Shown piece after piece: positions 38,165 through 48,939 of a stretch of 64,000 bases of DNA. The position numbers and the translations under genes are program-made. The notes beneath the pieces are model-generated. The model had not been told where the DNA came from. It did not search any database and saw nothing but the letters and a program-made list of their open reading frames with translations. Positions within the stretch are counted from its first letter, which is position 1. Every line of letters starts with the position of its first letter. Source of the stretch: an uncultured Pseudomonadales bacterium (GTDB lineage: Bacteria > Patescibacteriota > Microgenomatia > UBA1400 > PJMF01); assembly GCA_964556485.1 (NCBI GenBank), contig CAZKVV010000006.1, positions 8,072 through 72,071 on the forward strand, in the 5' to 3' direction.

Positions 38165-39586
38165 ATGTATCAACTCGTTTCTAAGATAAATCCTAAAATT
38201 TTTAGAGGTTATGATCTTCGCGGTGTTGCAGATGTAGATTTGAGCGAAGATGTCTACTACACCCTCGGCAGAGCCTATGCAACCTTTTTGCATGAGCGAA
38301 GAATTCAAGAGGCGACAGTTGGTAGAGACAATCGTCTTACCGGTGAATCGTATGCAAAAGCATTGATCCAAGGGCTCAATGCTGGTGGTATCAACACTAT
38401 CGACATGGGACTATCACTGAGTCAAATTGTGTATTTTTCTTCCTACCATTTCAAAACCAAGGGAAGCGTCATGATTACCGCTTCTCACAATCCAAAAGAA
38501 TACAACGGACTCAAACTGGGCGTTGGCTACTCTGATACCATGATCACCGAAGAAATTCAGTACCTGAGAAAATTATGTGACCGTGGTCAATTTGTTGAAG
38601 GCAAAGGCACCAACAGACAAGAAGACGTATTCCCTGCCTACAAAGCGGATATCCTCAAGCATTTTTCGCTTGCAAAAAAATGGAAAGTAGTTATAGACAC
38701 TTGCAATACTACTTCAGGAAAATTTTATCCCGAACTACTACGTGCAGCAGGATGTGAAGTGATCGAGCAAAATACAACATTAGATGGTAGTTTCCCGCTA
38801 GGCGTTCCAGATCCAACTGAAGTAGAAGTGCTCGACCGACTCGCAGAAGGTGTCAAAAAAGCCAGTGCAGACATTGGGTTTGCCTATGACACTGATGGCG
38901 ATCGCATGGCCGTTGTAGATGATAACGGACAAACGCTGTGGATGGATTCAATAGTCGCCTTGTTTGCACAAGATGTGCTCGATTTCATGCCTGGCTCAAA
39001 AATTGTCTACAACACACTGTGTTCAAGACAAGTTACAGAAGCTGTCGAAAAAGCAGGCGGCGAACCAGTGATGTGGATGACTGGACATTCCTTTATTAAA
39101 GCGAAACTTAAGGAAGTGAGAGCGCCTTTTGGTGGTGAACTTTCTGGTCACATCTTCTTCATGGATAATTTTTACGGCCATGATGACGGTGCTTACGCAA
39201 GTTTGCGACTTCTCCAATATCTTGAAAGAAAAGGTCAGTCCTTGTCTCAAGCAGCAGCCCAGTTAGCACACTACGTCAGTAGCCCCGAAATCAAGTTTGG
39301 TCTTGCCGATGATATTAAGTTTGAGTTCATCAATACCAAAATTAGAGCAGAATTCAAAGCCCTCTGGCCAGATGCAAAATACATCGATATAGATGGCATC
39401 CGCATGGATACGGCAGAGAAAATGGCGATCATGAGAGCCTCCCAAAATGGCCCATACATCACAGTTAAGTTCGAAGGAAAAACCCAAGAACAATATGACG
39501 CGGTCAAAAAGCAACTCAAAGATATTTTAAGTAAATATCCAGAAATTAACTGGTCGGAAGGTGTAAATACACACGCTCTTGATTAG
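38165..39586 (+). CDS. phosphomannomutase/phosphoglucomutase
   Basis: GAGGAGG RBS. ITASHNPKEYNGLKL is the phosphoserine motif. GYDLRGV N-terminus. Confidence 0.85.
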   Translation: MYQLVSKINPKIFRGYDLRGVADVDLSEDVYYTLGRAYATFLHERRIQEATVGRDNRLTGESYAKALIQGLNAGGINTIDMGLSLSQIVYFSSYHFKTKGSVMITASHNPKEYNGLKLGVGYSDTMITEEIQYLRKLCDRGQFVEGKGTNRQEDVFPAYKADILKHFSLAKKWKVVIDTCNTTSGKFYPELLRAAGCEVIEQNTTLDGSFPLGVPDPTEVEVLDRLAEGVKKASADIGFAYDTDGDRMAVVDDNGQTLWMDSIVALFAQDVLDFMPGSKIVYNTLCSRQVTEAVEKAGGEPVMWMTGHSFIKAKLKEVRAPFGGELSGHIFFMDNFYGHDDGAYASLRLLQYLERKGQSLSQAAAQLAHYVSSPEIKFGLADDIKFEFINTKIRAEFKALWPDAKYIDIDGIRMDTAEKMAIMRASQNGPYITVKFEGKTQEQYDAVKKQLKDILSKYPEINWSEGVNTHALD

Positions 39587-39596
39587 AAACACTACC

Positions 39597-40370
39597 ATGA
39601 ACGCAGAAGCCGAACACATTCTGGCTGTGGGACTGGAGGCAGTCACCAGGGCAGAGAAAATAATTCTTGCACACTACAAAACAGGACTGCAATCTACACA
39701 AAAGCAGGATGGTTCGCCCGTAACTATTGCGGACCAAAAAGCTGAAGAAACAATTCGCAGCGTGGTTGGCGCAGCGTTCCCGACCCATGGTTTTATTGGT
39801 GAAGAATTTGCAACTGACAACCAAAAAGCAGTGTATCAGTGGATAATCGACCCGATCGATGGCACTAAAAACTTCATGCGCGGCGTGCCGTTCTTCACGA
39901 CTGAACTGGCAGTTTTTAAAAATGGCGTACCGTATATGGGCATCTCAAATATTCCCACACTCGGTCTTACTGTCACAGCTGTTCAAGGACATGGCGCCCG
40001 AGTTTCCAGAAGAAGAGTATCTGTTTCTACAACCGCTCGGCTTGAGGATGCCTACATTATTGTTGGCGGCTTAAAACACTTTAACAATCTCAAACATATT
40101 GAACAACTGCTCAAACTAACTTCAGATGTAATGTCTCTCAAAAGCCTAGGTGAAGCCTGGAGTTATCATTTGTTGGCTCAAGGTAATTGTGATGCTGTTA
40201 TCGAAGCGCAAACAAAAATCTGGGACATTGCAGCTCAATCTATGATTATTCCTGAGGCGGGTGGCATTGTCACAGATATCGCTGGAAAACCTATCGATCT
40301 GAATTCTACCAGCATGCTTGCAAGCACGCCAATACTCCACAAAGAATTACTGGTATACTTTGCTCAATAA
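39597..40370 (+). CDS. inositol monophosphatase family protein (SuhB/IMPase-like)
   Basis: WIIDPIDGTKNFMRGVPFF (DPIDGT motif) and GEEF upstream motif. Confidence 0.8.
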   Translation: MNAEAEHILAVGLEAVTRAEKIILAHYKTGLQSTQKQDGSPVTIADQKAEETIRSVVGAAFPTHGFIGEEFATDNQKAVYQWIIDPIDGTKNFMRGVPFFTTELAVFKNGVPYMGISNIPTLGLTVTAVQGHGARVSRRRVSVSTTARLEDAYIIVGGLKHFNNLKHIEQLLKLTSDVMSLKSLGEAWSYHLLAQGNCDAVIEAQTKIWDIAAQSMIIPEAGGIVTDIAGKPIDLNSTSMLASTPILHKELLVYFAQ

Positions 40371-40373
40371 TCT

Positions 40374-41618
40374 ATGCGAAAACCAACAGTCATCCTCATT
40401 GCAGGCGGCCAAAATAGTCGCTTTTTTCCCATAAACACAACCACTCACAAAGGATTTTTACCTTTATTGGGAAAACCATTGGTGGTCCGTACTATCGAGG
40501 ATCTTCACGAACAGGGGTTTTGGGATATTGTGTTAGTGGTTTCACCAAATGATTTTCAAGAACGAGGAATTGAGGTTGAACTTAGCAACTATCAACTTGC
40601 AGTTCAACCAAAAATAGTAGTACAGGAATCTGCCAAAGGTCAGGGAGATGCAGTGCTTTGCGCCAGAGAGCACCTAACTAATGACTGCATCTTATTGTCA
40701 CCTTACTACACATCTGCAGGTGTGCTCGCCGAAAAAGTATGGCAAGCAAAGCAATCTGGGGATAGTGACTGTGTATTCATGGGCACAAAAACAGAAAACA
40801 CCTCTCTGTACGGCATGCTTGCCTTCGACCCTCAAAACCACAACCGCGTAGTTGGAGTAGTAGAAAAACCAGAAGACAACCCACCATCAAACTTCAGAAT
40901 TAATAGTGTTTACTATCTCACCAAAGAGTTTGTAGAAGTGCTCGCCCAAACACCTATTAGTGAATATTCACTCGAAGAAGCGCTTAGTACCTATGCAGTT
41001 GCGCATAACTGCAGCTGGGTAGAGAACACCGACACCTTAGCATCTATCAAATATGCTTGGCATTTATTCGACTGCCTTTCCGTACTGTTTGAAACAGCAC
41101 AAAACTACATTAGCAAATCTGCAACTATCAGCTCCACCGCACTCATCGATTCTAAACAGGGGCCGGTAATTATTGATGATGGTGCAACTATCGGCGATTT
41201 TGTAAAAATCGTTGGACCTTGCTATGTAGGTAAACAAGCACTGATTGGTGATTATTCATTTGTGAGAGGTAGTACTGTTGAAGCAGATGCCACCATCGGC
41301 GCATACACAGAATTGGTGCGTTCAATCGTGCTTCCTCATGTTAGCATGCACTCCTGCTATATTGCCGATTCAATCATTGGCTACAACGTAAAAATTGGCG
41401 CAGGTCTTATTACCGCTAACAAACGATTTGATAGAAAAGAAATTCAAACACAAATTAAAGGCAAAATGGTAGATACTGCCAGAAAAAATCTTGGCACCAT
41501 CATTGGCAGTGACACTGCAACTGGAATTGGCGTCAAAACCATGCCTGGTATTTTAATTGGCTCAAAACAAGTTATTAAACCTGGAGAAATAGTTACAAGA
41601 AATATTCCACACGCGTAG
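40374..41618 (+). CDS. NDP-sugar pyrophosphorylase with C-terminal left-handed beta-helix (hexapeptide) domain
   Basis: VILIAGGQNSRFFP...KGFLPLLGKPLV N-terminus. Hexapeptide repeats in the C-terminal third. Confidence 0.7.
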   Translation: MRKPTVILIAGGQNSRFFPINTTTHKGFLPLLGKPLVVRTIEDLHEQGFWDIVLVVSPNDFQERGIEVELSNYQLAVQPKIVVQESAKGQGDAVLCAREHLTNDCILLSPYYTSAGVLAEKVWQAKQSGDSDCVFMGTKTENTSLYGMLAFDPQNHNRVVGVVEKPEDNPPSNFRINSVYYLTKEFVEVLAQTPISEYSLEEALSTYAVAHNCSWVENTDTLASIKYAWHLFDCLSVLFETAQNYISKSATISSTALIDSKQGPVIIDDGATIGDFVKIVGPCYVGKQALIGDYSFVRGSTVEADATIGAYTELVRSIVLPHVSMHSCYIADSIIGYNVKIGAGLITANKRFDRKEIQTQIKGKMVDTARKNLGTIIGSDTATGIGVKTMPGILIGSKQVIKPGEIVTRNIPHA

Positions 41619-41640
41619 TGTGACTTAGTAGAGGAGAGAA

Positions 41641-42735
41641 ATGTCAATGTCAGTCGCTAGTATTGATTCAAGAGAAAAAATAGCCAAAATCGATGTGTCA
41701 AACATGCTTGGGTCAATAGAAGCACTGGGCAAACAAATCGAACATGCCTGGAAAGATACGCGAGGAATAGAATTCACGCCAACAGCGGAAATTCGCAATG
41801 TAGTTGTCGCTGGTATGGGAGGCTCAGCATTGGGCGCTGATGTCATTTTGCACCTTTTTAAGGAGCAACTAACCGTTCCACTCTATGTAAATCGCACCTA
41901 TTCCTTACCTAACTACGTGGATGAACACACCCTTGTATTGCTGTCTAGCTATTCAGGTACAACCGAAGAAGTTTTAACCGTTGCAAAAATTGCTCAAGAA
42001 AAAAATGCACAAATAATGGTGATTGCATCGGGAGGAGACTTGGTTGAACTCGCAACTCAAAAAAACTATCCCCTCTACATCATTGATCCAATCCATAACC
42101 CCTCAGACCAACCAAGAATGGCAATTGGTTACTCGGTATTTGGCACTATTGCGTTACTCGCCAAAGCCGGAATTATTTCACTCACTGATGCAGATGTAGC
42201 TGCAGTTGTTGAAGTGATTAATCAAAAAGTTGTTGAATGCACTGTTGAGGTGCCAAGCGAAGCGAATCCTGCAAAAACCCTTGCATTCCTTACTATTGAC
42301 CGCTTACCTTTTTTTGTAGTAGGTGATTTCCTTGAGGGTGCAGCACATGTAGTCGCCAACCAGCACAATGAAAATGCAAAAGCATTTGCAAACTTCACTG
42401 TTGTTCCTGAGATGAATCATCACCTCATGGAAGGACTGCACTTTCCACTCAGTAATACATCAACCCATCTGTTTGTCTTTGTGCAATCAGTGCTCTACGA
42501 TCCTAAGATAAGTATTCGTATTAAACTAACTCAACAGATTGTCGAAGAAAACACGATTGAGACCACAGCAATTCCACTACAGTCATCAAGCAAACTCACG
42601 CAAGTTTTTGAACTGATTACGGTGTTTAGTTTTGCCGGATTTTATCTCAGCATGCTCGAGGGAATTGACCCAAGTCCAATTCCAACTGTAGATTCATTTA
42701 AAGAGATGCTCTCACGAGAAGCTCAAGACTACTAA
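41641..42735 (+). CDS. bifunctional phosphoglucose/phosphomannose isomerase (SIS domain, archaeal-type PGI/PMI)
   Basis: VVVAGMGGSALGADV...LLSSYSGTTEEVL are SIS motifs. Confidence 0.75.
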   Translation: MSMSVASIDSREKIAKIDVSNMLGSIEALGKQIEHAWKDTRGIEFTPTAEIRNVVVAGMGGSALGADVILHLFKEQLTVPLYVNRTYSLPNYVDEHTLVLLSSYSGTTEEVLTVAKIAQEKNAQIMVIASGGDLVELATQKNYPLYIIDPIHNPSDQPRMAIGYSVFGTIALLAKAGIISLTDADVAAVVEVINQKVVECTVEVPSEANPAKTLAFLTIDRLPFFVVGDFLEGAAHVVANQHNENAKAFANFTVVPEMNHHLMEGLHFPLSNTSTHLFVFVQSVLYDPKISIRIKLTQQIVEENTIETTAIPLQSSSKLTQVFELITVFSFAGFYLSMLEGIDPSPIPTVDSFKEMLSREAQDY

Positions 42736-42753
42736 ACTCTCCTAAAATACTAT

Positions 42754-44559
42754 ATGATGGTGGAGATGTCACAGCGAAGTGTTCTTCTGCCCGGAGATTT
42801 CGTTAAAACCAAGCAACAAGACCTGGGTGTGTTTGTTCTGTCGAGAATAAAGCTTGAGAAACTGCATGTTCAGTCACCAAAAATCGCCTGCATTCCGCAT
42901 TCTACACTCAAGCTCATTGCTGATGCGAACAACCTTTCACCCAAACTTTCAGCACTGCTCCGTGATATTAGTTTTTCTGACCCGGTCTCGCTCACCAAAA
43001 TAACCAAAACCATCACCCAACTCATTACTAAAGCCACGATTCCTCAGAGTATTACTCAAGAGCTGGTCCAAAACTATCACTCATACTTCAAGTCAAAAAC
43101 AATGCGTGTTTTTCCTGGCGACAGTGTCACTGGATCTCAGCAAACCCCATTCACCAAGATAAAAGGTGATGCAACAGTATTGCAGTCCTTTCTTGCCTGC
43201 TGGGCATACACTGTACAAAAAAGAGTATTACACACCAGAACGAGATTCCCCCACATCGCCTTGCACTCATTTCCCATGATTCTTGAGGAAGAACTAGATT
43301 CCCAAGCGAGTGGAGAAGTGTATACCAGAAACCCAGAAACGGGCAATAAAACCTCAGTGCTGATTACTACAACTGGAAAAAGCAGTTATGAGGTAGACAT
43401 TAGAACTTGGAATATCATAAAAAGGCATATCAGCCCTTCAGAAAATAACAAACAGCACATCCTCAGTGAAACACTGCTCAAAAGTATTGCCAGAATGGCA
43501 AATACCATAAAAAAACAGCATTTAAGTCATCAAAAAATTACTTGGGTTGCTGCGCAAAATCAATTGTACTGTGTAGCTGTTGAAGAATACACCCATCTGC
43601 AAGAACCAAGTGATACTCGACAAAAATCGATAACCAAACTCTATATTTCTGCTGGAAATCCACAGCAAATTCACCACAATGAAGAAACTGTTATAGATGG
43701 TGTTGGTCTGCTTAAAAGTGAGTTCACCTATCTTAAATATGGCACCCACCCATATGCGCTACTAAAAGGTCATGGAAAAGAACTGCTTTTTTCTAGCCTT
43801 CTTGATGCACTCACAATGTATTCTGATAGCGTGCATGGCAAACAAGTAATCCTTCGTTCACATGATCTCACCAGCACAGACTTGGCTCGGCTAGAGCATT
43901 CAACTACGTATGAATCGGTCGAAGCTAATCCCTTTATCGGTCATCGCGGCAGTCTACGAACAATCATGCAACCAGAACTTTTTAACCTTGAACTAGAGGT
44001 TCTTAAGGCATTTGTAAAGAAAAGTAGTGGGCATGTCGGCTTCATGCTGCCTTTTGCACGAACTCCGAGTGAGTTGCAACAACTCATTCGCATGTTAGAA
44101 GAAACCAATCTACGCTCACATACCAATTTTAGTGTTTGGTGGCAAATTGATACTCCAGAAAACGTACTTAATTGTGCGGCCTATCCATTGACAAAAATTG
44201 ATGGCATTAGTGTAAACATTTCCACAATCCAAAGCTTACTCTACGGTATTGATCCCACCAATCCTGCGGTGGCTGAAAGATATGCCACTGACACCTCAGT
44301 ACTGACAACCTTGCTCGCCACTTTGATGAAACAGTGCCGTTCATTAGAAGAAACACACGGGATCGCACACTCCATTCCAATCATTGCTCAATTCGAGCAG
44401 TATGACCCCCGACTTGTCCAAGCCTTAGTGCAACAAGGAATTGATGGCATTACCGTAAAGCCCAATGTTGCTCCATTGGCAAAAGCGTGTATCATTGATA
44501 TAGAAGAACAACCATTACTCGAGAAAACTACCACTAAATCAAACGCGATAGTACTATAG
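42754..44559 (+). CDS. PEP-utilising enzyme family protein (PEP synthase/PPDK-like N-terminal domain plus C-terminal PEP-utilizers TIM barrel). No recognisable central phosphohistidine swivel domain.
   Basis: GEVYTRNPETGNKTSVLI (PPDK_N-like) and IDGVGLLKSEFTYL...GFMLPFARTPSELQ (TIM barrel). No GG-x-TSHAAI motif. Only about 35 aa lie between the two domains. Confidence 0.65.
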   Translation: MMVEMSQRSVLLPGDFVKTKQQDLGVFVLSRIKLEKLHVQSPKIACIPHSTLKLIADANNLSPKLSALLRDISFSDPVSLTKITKTITQLITKATIPQSITQELVQNYHSYFKSKTMRVFPGDSVTGSQQTPFTKIKGDATVLQSFLACWAYTVQKRVLHTRTRFPHIALHSFPMILEEELDSQASGEVYTRNPETGNKTSVLITTTGKSSYEVDIRTWNIIKRHISPSENNKQHILSETLLKSIARMANTIKKQHLSHQKITWVAAQNQLYCVAVEEYTHLQEPSDTRQKSITKLYISAGNPQQIHHNEETVIDGVGLLKSEFTYLKYGTHPYALLKGHGKELLFSSLLDALTMYSDSVHGKQVILRSHDLTSTDLARLEHSTTYESVEANPFIGHRGSLRTIMQPELFNLELEVLKAFVKKSSGHVGFMLPFARTPSELQQLIRMLEETNLRSHTNFSVWWQIDTPENVLNCAAYPLTKIDGISVNISTIQSLLYGIDPTNPAVAERYATDTSVLTTLLATLMKQCRSLEETHGIAHSIPIIAQFEQYDPRLVQALVQQGIDGITVKPNVAPLAKACIIDIEEQPLLEKTTTKSNAIVL

Positions 44560-44572
44560 GAAACACGATCAC

Positions 44573-45883
44573 ATGCCCGCCATTCAAGGACTCTACGCCC
44601 GAGAAATATTAGATTCTAGAGCTATTCCAACAGTGGAGTGCACACTTTGGTTGGACAATGGTGCCATTGTTGCTACCAGTGTGCCTACCGGCACTTCAAT
44701 TGGTAAATACGAGGCAAAAGAATTACGCGACGGAGACTCCACACACATGGTTGGGAAGGGAGTGCTCCAAGCAGTTAACTACCTAAACACCACTATTTCC
44801 CAAGCGCTCATTGGTAAAGACCCTACCAAACAATTCGAACTTGATCAAATGTTGGTAGATCTTGATGGTACGGATAACAAATCGAAACTTGGTTCTAATG
44901 CTATCCTCGCAGCCTCACAGGCAATACTTAAAGCTGGCGCCCTCAGTCTCAATGTACCGCTGTACTACTATGTACAACAAAAATACCAACTCACCAAAGA
45001 CTTAATTATACCTAGCTGCATCTACACCATGATTAACGGTGGAGAACACGGAGCAGATAACTTGGACATTCAAGAATTCGAGATTATCCCAGCTAGTCAC
45101 ATTAATTTTGAAACATCTCTCAATATGGCAGTGACGCTCTATCATAAGATAGAGGAAGTCTTGCAAATGAAGGGAGCAATCCATTCAACTGGAATTGTGG
45201 GCGGGTTCACACCCAACTTATACAGCAATACAGACGTGTTTGAAATCTTAGTTGAAACGATTAAAGCGAGTCCCTACACCTTTGCGCAAGACATTTTCTT
45301 TGGCATTGATGCCTCGGCTGCACAGTTTTATTCTAATGGAAAATATAGTCTCAAAGACCGCCAACAAGCATATTCACCTGCTGAACTTCTCGAATACTAT
45401 AAAAAACTGCGCGACCTATATCATGTTTTTTACATTGAAGATCCATATCAGGAAGATGATAAAGAAGCCTGGACAAAAATTACCAATGAAATTGGTGATA
45501 CCACGAAGATCGTGGGAGACAGTTTGCTAGTCACCAACAAAGATAAAACAGCTGCAGCTATTAGCGAAAAAACCTGTAACTCAGTGTTAATCAAACCAAA
45601 CGAGACTGGCACAATCAGTGAAACAATCGAAGTTATTCGATTGGCAAAAGAAGCAAACTGGCAAGTTATCGTTTCTCATCGCAGTGGTGAAACCAATGAC
45701 GATTTCATTGCAGACTTTGCGGTTGGCGTCGGAGCCGATTACACCAAATTTGGTCCACCAAATAGAGGTGAACGTGTCGCTAAATATAATCGTCTGTTGC
45801 AAATTAACCAAGAAATACTGCATAGTCAACAAGGTGGGGCAGTACAGCAGCCAGAAGCAACTTCTCCAGACCTTACTACATAA
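44573..45883 (+). CDS. eno: enolase
   Basis: AREILDSRAIPTVECTLWLDNGAIV N-terminus and SHRSGETNDDFIADFAVGVGA active-site region. Confidence 0.95.
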   Translation: MPAIQGLYAREILDSRAIPTVECTLWLDNGAIVATSVPTGTSIGKYEAKELRDGDSTHMVGKGVLQAVNYLNTTISQALIGKDPTKQFELDQMLVDLDGTDNKSKLGSNAILAASQAILKAGALSLNVPLYYYVQQKYQLTKDLIIPSCIYTMINGGEHGADNLDIQEFEIIPASHINFETSLNMAVTLYHKIEEVLQMKGAIHSTGIVGGFTPNLYSNTDVFEILVETIKASPYTFAQDIFFGIDASAAQFYSNGKYSLKDRQQAYSPAELLEYYKKLRDLYHVFYIEDPYQEDDKEAWTKITNEIGDTTKIVGDSLLVTNKDKTAAAISEKTCNSVLIKPNETGTISETIEVIRLAKEANWQVIVSHRSGETNDDFIADFAVGVGADYTKFGPPNRGERVAKYNRLLQINQEILHSQQGGAVQQPEATSPDLTT

Positions 45884-45913
45884 ATACTGTATACTCACAA
45901 GAAGAGTATCCGT

Positions 45914-47611
45914 ATGACTGACACTCAATCAAAACCGCAACCAATTATCAGTGGCATGCCATTTAATGCCACGTACCAAAAACGCGACTACGCTGGTCCC
46001 AAACCAGTCGTACTCCTTATTCTCGACGGCTGGGGCATTGGTCCAAACAATGCCGGCAATGCCATTCTGCGAGCTAACACGCCAAATATGGATAGGTATT
46101 GGCTCTCCTTTCCACACACTCAAATCACTGCAAGTGGAGAAGCCGTAGGCTTACCAAGAGGTGAGGATGGAAATACTGAAACTGGACATCTTAACATCGG
46201 TGCAGGACATATCGTCTACCAAGATCTACCTCGTATAAATATGGCTATTGCCGATGGATCATTCAACAATACCAGCGCCTTTATAAACGCTGTCAATCAT
46301 GCTCGACGATATAACTCCAATCTGCATATCATGGGCCTCATTGGTGCAGGTGGCGTGCACTCAAATATTGAGCACTTATACGCACTTCTAAACTTCTGCA
46401 AACAACAACAAGTGCAAAATGTGTTTATCCACGGGTTCACTGATGGTCGTGATTCACCACCAACATCTGGCGTCAACTATGTTCAGCAAATTATTGACAC
46501 CTGTGAAACACTGGGCGTAGGCCATTTAGCTTCACTCATGGGTCGTTTCTATGCGATGGACCGTGATAAACGCTGGGATCGTATCGAAAAAGCATACAAT
46601 GCATTAACTATCGGAAATGGCACCGTTGTGTCCGATCCAGTTGCATTCCTGCAAGAACAGTACGCCAACGGCATCACCGATGAATTTATCGAACCAACCA
46701 ATATTAGTGATTCGCAAGGCAATGTTCCAGTCGTAGGTGAAAACGATGCAGCCATCTTTTTTAACTATCGTATCGACCGTCCACGCGAGCTCACCAGAGC
46801 GTTCGTGATGCCCGATTTCGAGCAGGGAATAACAGCAGAAGCCTTTGACCCATACACAGAAAAATACGAAAAAACAAACATCCAGAAGCAACACCATGTC
46901 GAAACCTTTGTCAGACAAAAAAAGGTAAACAATTTATACTTTGTGACTATGACAAAGTATGAAGAAAACTTACCTACCGATATCGCATTTCCTCCTCAAA
47001 ACATCAAAAATCCACTCTGTCGCGTTATTTCAATGAATGGACTGAGTCAACTGAGAATGTCTGAAACCGAAAAGGAACGGTTCGTAACGTTTTACATGAA
47101 CGGCCAACAGGAAACTATCTATCCAGGTGAGGATCGAGTCATTATTCCATCAAAAGGTGTGAAATCGTATGACCTTGCCCCAGAAATGAGCACTCCTGAA
47201 ATTGCTGAAGAGATGATTGCGCGGATTAATCAGCAAAAATATGACGTAATTATTGCAAATATTTGTAATGGCGATATGGTTGGTCATACCGGCAATCTCG
47301 ACGCAACTATAAAAGCATGTGAAATTTTGGATGAACACGTCGGTAAAATTGTGAATGCCGTCTATCAACTAGGTGGAGTAGTCATGATCACTGCAGACCA
47401 TGGAAATGCGGAAGAACTGATCAATAATCAAACTGGTGAGATCGACACTGAGCACTCAATTTATCCAGTACCGCTACTTGTCATCGGCCAACAATTTGCA
47501 AATCGTCCCATTATGCTGCCAACAGGCATTCTTGCTGATATTGCTCCAACCATGCTCAAAATTCTAGGCTTGCCAAAACCAGACAGTATGACTGGTAGAG
47601 CTCTCATTTAA
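45914..47611 (+). CDS. gpmI: 2,3-bisphosphoglycerate-independent phosphoglycerate mutase
   Basis: 565 aa. VVLLILDGWG N-terminus and ITADHGNAEEL C-terminal metal-binding motif. Confidence 0.95.
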   Translation: MTDTQSKPQPIISGMPFNATYQKRDYAGPKPVVLLILDGWGIGPNNAGNAILRANTPNMDRYWLSFPHTQITASGEAVGLPRGEDGNTETGHLNIGAGHIVYQDLPRINMAIADGSFNNTSAFINAVNHARRYNSNLHIMGLIGAGGVHSNIEHLYALLNFCKQQQVQNVFIHGFTDGRDSPPTSGVNYVQQIIDTCETLGVGHLASLMGRFYAMDRDKRWDRIEKAYNALTIGNGTVVSDPVAFLQEQYANGITDEFIEPTNISDSQGNVPVVGENDAAIFFNYRIDRPRELTRAFVMPDFEQGITAEAFDPYTEKYEKTNIQKQHHVETFVRQKKVNNLYFVTMTKYEENLPTDIAFPPQNIKNPLCRVISMNGLSQLRMSETEKERFVTFYMNGQQETIYPGEDRVIIPSKGVKSYDLAPEMSTPEIAEEMIARINQQKYDVIIANICNGDMVGHTGNLDATIKACEILDEHVGKIVNAVYQLGGVVMITADHGNAEELINNQTGEIDTEHSIYPVPLLVIGQQFANRPIMLPTGILADIAPTMLKILGLPKPDSMTGRALI

Positions 47612-47744
47612 TTCTCATCTGATATATTTTGATTCTAAAAGATGCGCTTGCCAGTTAGGCTTATCTTCGGTTATTGTGAATATAGTTCGGGAAACATACG
47701 CCCGTAATAAAAGAATCAAACTAATTCATACAAAGGAGAAAGCC

Positions 47745-48365
47745 ATGGCAGTCACACTTTACAAAAGGCAGCGGCAAATTGTTGATTTTATTGGTCAATA
47801 TATCCAAAAAAATGGCTATTCGCCTACGTTGAAAGAAATTGCAGATTCAATTCAGGTATCTTCACTTGCTACAGTTCATGAACACTTACAAGCCTTGGAA
47901 CGCAAAAAAGTCATTAAAAAACATGAGGGTGCGGTGAGGGGTATCGAGTTGGTAGACAGAACCTTTGTCAAGCTTGCCGACACTGTCGATTTGCCACTAT
48001 TAGGTTTTATCCAAGCTGGTTCTCCCATAGAGCCATATCCAGACGACACTGCTACATTCAAGGTTTCACCAGAAATGATTAGTGGCAAAAAACGATCCTA
48101 TGTTCTGCAAGTTAAGGGAACTTCAATGATCGAGGATCATATTCAAGAGGATGACTATGTGGTAGTTGAGGAAACAAGCTCAGTTAATGACGGCGACATT
48201 GTGGTCGCACTGCTCGATAATGGTCTTGCCACGCTCAAGCGCTACTACAAAGAGGTAACTCGCATTCGTCTTGAGCCAGCAAACTCGTCAATGAGCCCAA
48301 TTTATGCCACCAATGTGCAAATCCAGGGAAGAGTAGTGGGTCTTATTCGAAAATTCAGGTACTAA
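47745..48365 (+). CDS. lexA: LexA repressor (S24 peptidase)
   Basis: AAGGAG RBS. N-terminal wHTH (TLKEIADSIQVSSLATVHEHLQALERKKVI). A-G cleavage region (IQAGSPIEP). GTSM Ser and LKR Lys catalytic dyad. Confidence 0.85.
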   Translation: MAVTLYKRQRQIVDFIGQYIQKNGYSPTLKEIADSIQVSSLATVHEHLQALERKKVIKKHEGAVRGIELVDRTFVKLADTVDLPLLGFIQAGSPIEPYPDDTATFKVSPEMISGKKRSYVLQVKGTSMIEDHIQEDDYVVVEETSSVNDGDIVVALLDNGLATLKRYYKEVTRIRLEPANSSMSPIYATNVQIQGRVVGLIRKFRY

Positions 48366-48378
48366 TCAAAGCGGATAG

Positions 48379-48939
48379 CTACTTGGAGACATCGAATAAA
48401 GCCTCATCATGACCTTCATGAAAGTTTACAAAACTTCTCAACACGTAGAGATAGTCGGATAACCTATTGACATACTGCAACACGATCTCCGGAATGTGTT
48501 GCTGTTGAGAGATGGCTACAATAGCTCGCTCTGCTCTACGACACACTGTTCTGGCAATATCAAGACGGGCGGCAGACTCAGTCCCACCTGGATACACAAA
48601 CTTCTGAGTCCAGTTTTGTTGCATACTTCGTTGTAAAGCTAATGAATTTCTTTCCAAAGTATCTAACTCACCAGTAGCTAACTTCACCGTTTTGGCGTCT
48701 GCGCGTGCTAACAGAGCACTGAGTAAATATATATTTTTTTGAATATTTCGAACTGCAACACACTGTTCGGGAAGCTCTTTTGGCAAAGTCACTAGTGCAA
48801 ACCCCAACCAAGAGTTAAGTTCATCTAAGTCGCCAAGCACTTCAAAAATTGGAGCAGACTTTGGCAGTCGGACCCCATCAATTAGCCCTGATAATCCTGA
48901 GTCGCCGCCTTTTGTAGAAATGGATGTCAGCTTTGCCAT
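48379..48939 (-). CDS. ATP:cob(I)alamin adenosyltransferase (PduO/MMAB type)
   Basis: TKGGDSGLSGLIDGVRLPKSAPIFEVLGDLDELNSWLG is the PduO-type ATR N-terminal signature. An alternative start at 48957 is possible. Confidence 0.8.
   Translation of the reverse strand: MAKLTSISTKGGDSGLSGLIDGVRLPKSAPIFEVLGDLDELNSWLGFALVTLPKELPEQCVAVRNIQKNIYLLSALLARADAKTVKLATGELDTLERNSLALQRSMQQNWTQKFVYPGGTESAARLDIARTVCRRAERAIVAISQQQHIPEIVLQYVNRLSDYLYVLRSFVNFHEGHDEALFDVSK

Noticed and set aside
47612-47744. GAATATAGTTC / GTTCGGGAAAC as a LexA box upstream of lexA
   Set aside because: Half-site spacing does not fit GAAC-N4-GTTC, and no second conserved copy was seen upstream of uvrB. I mention it only as a lead for motif discovery.
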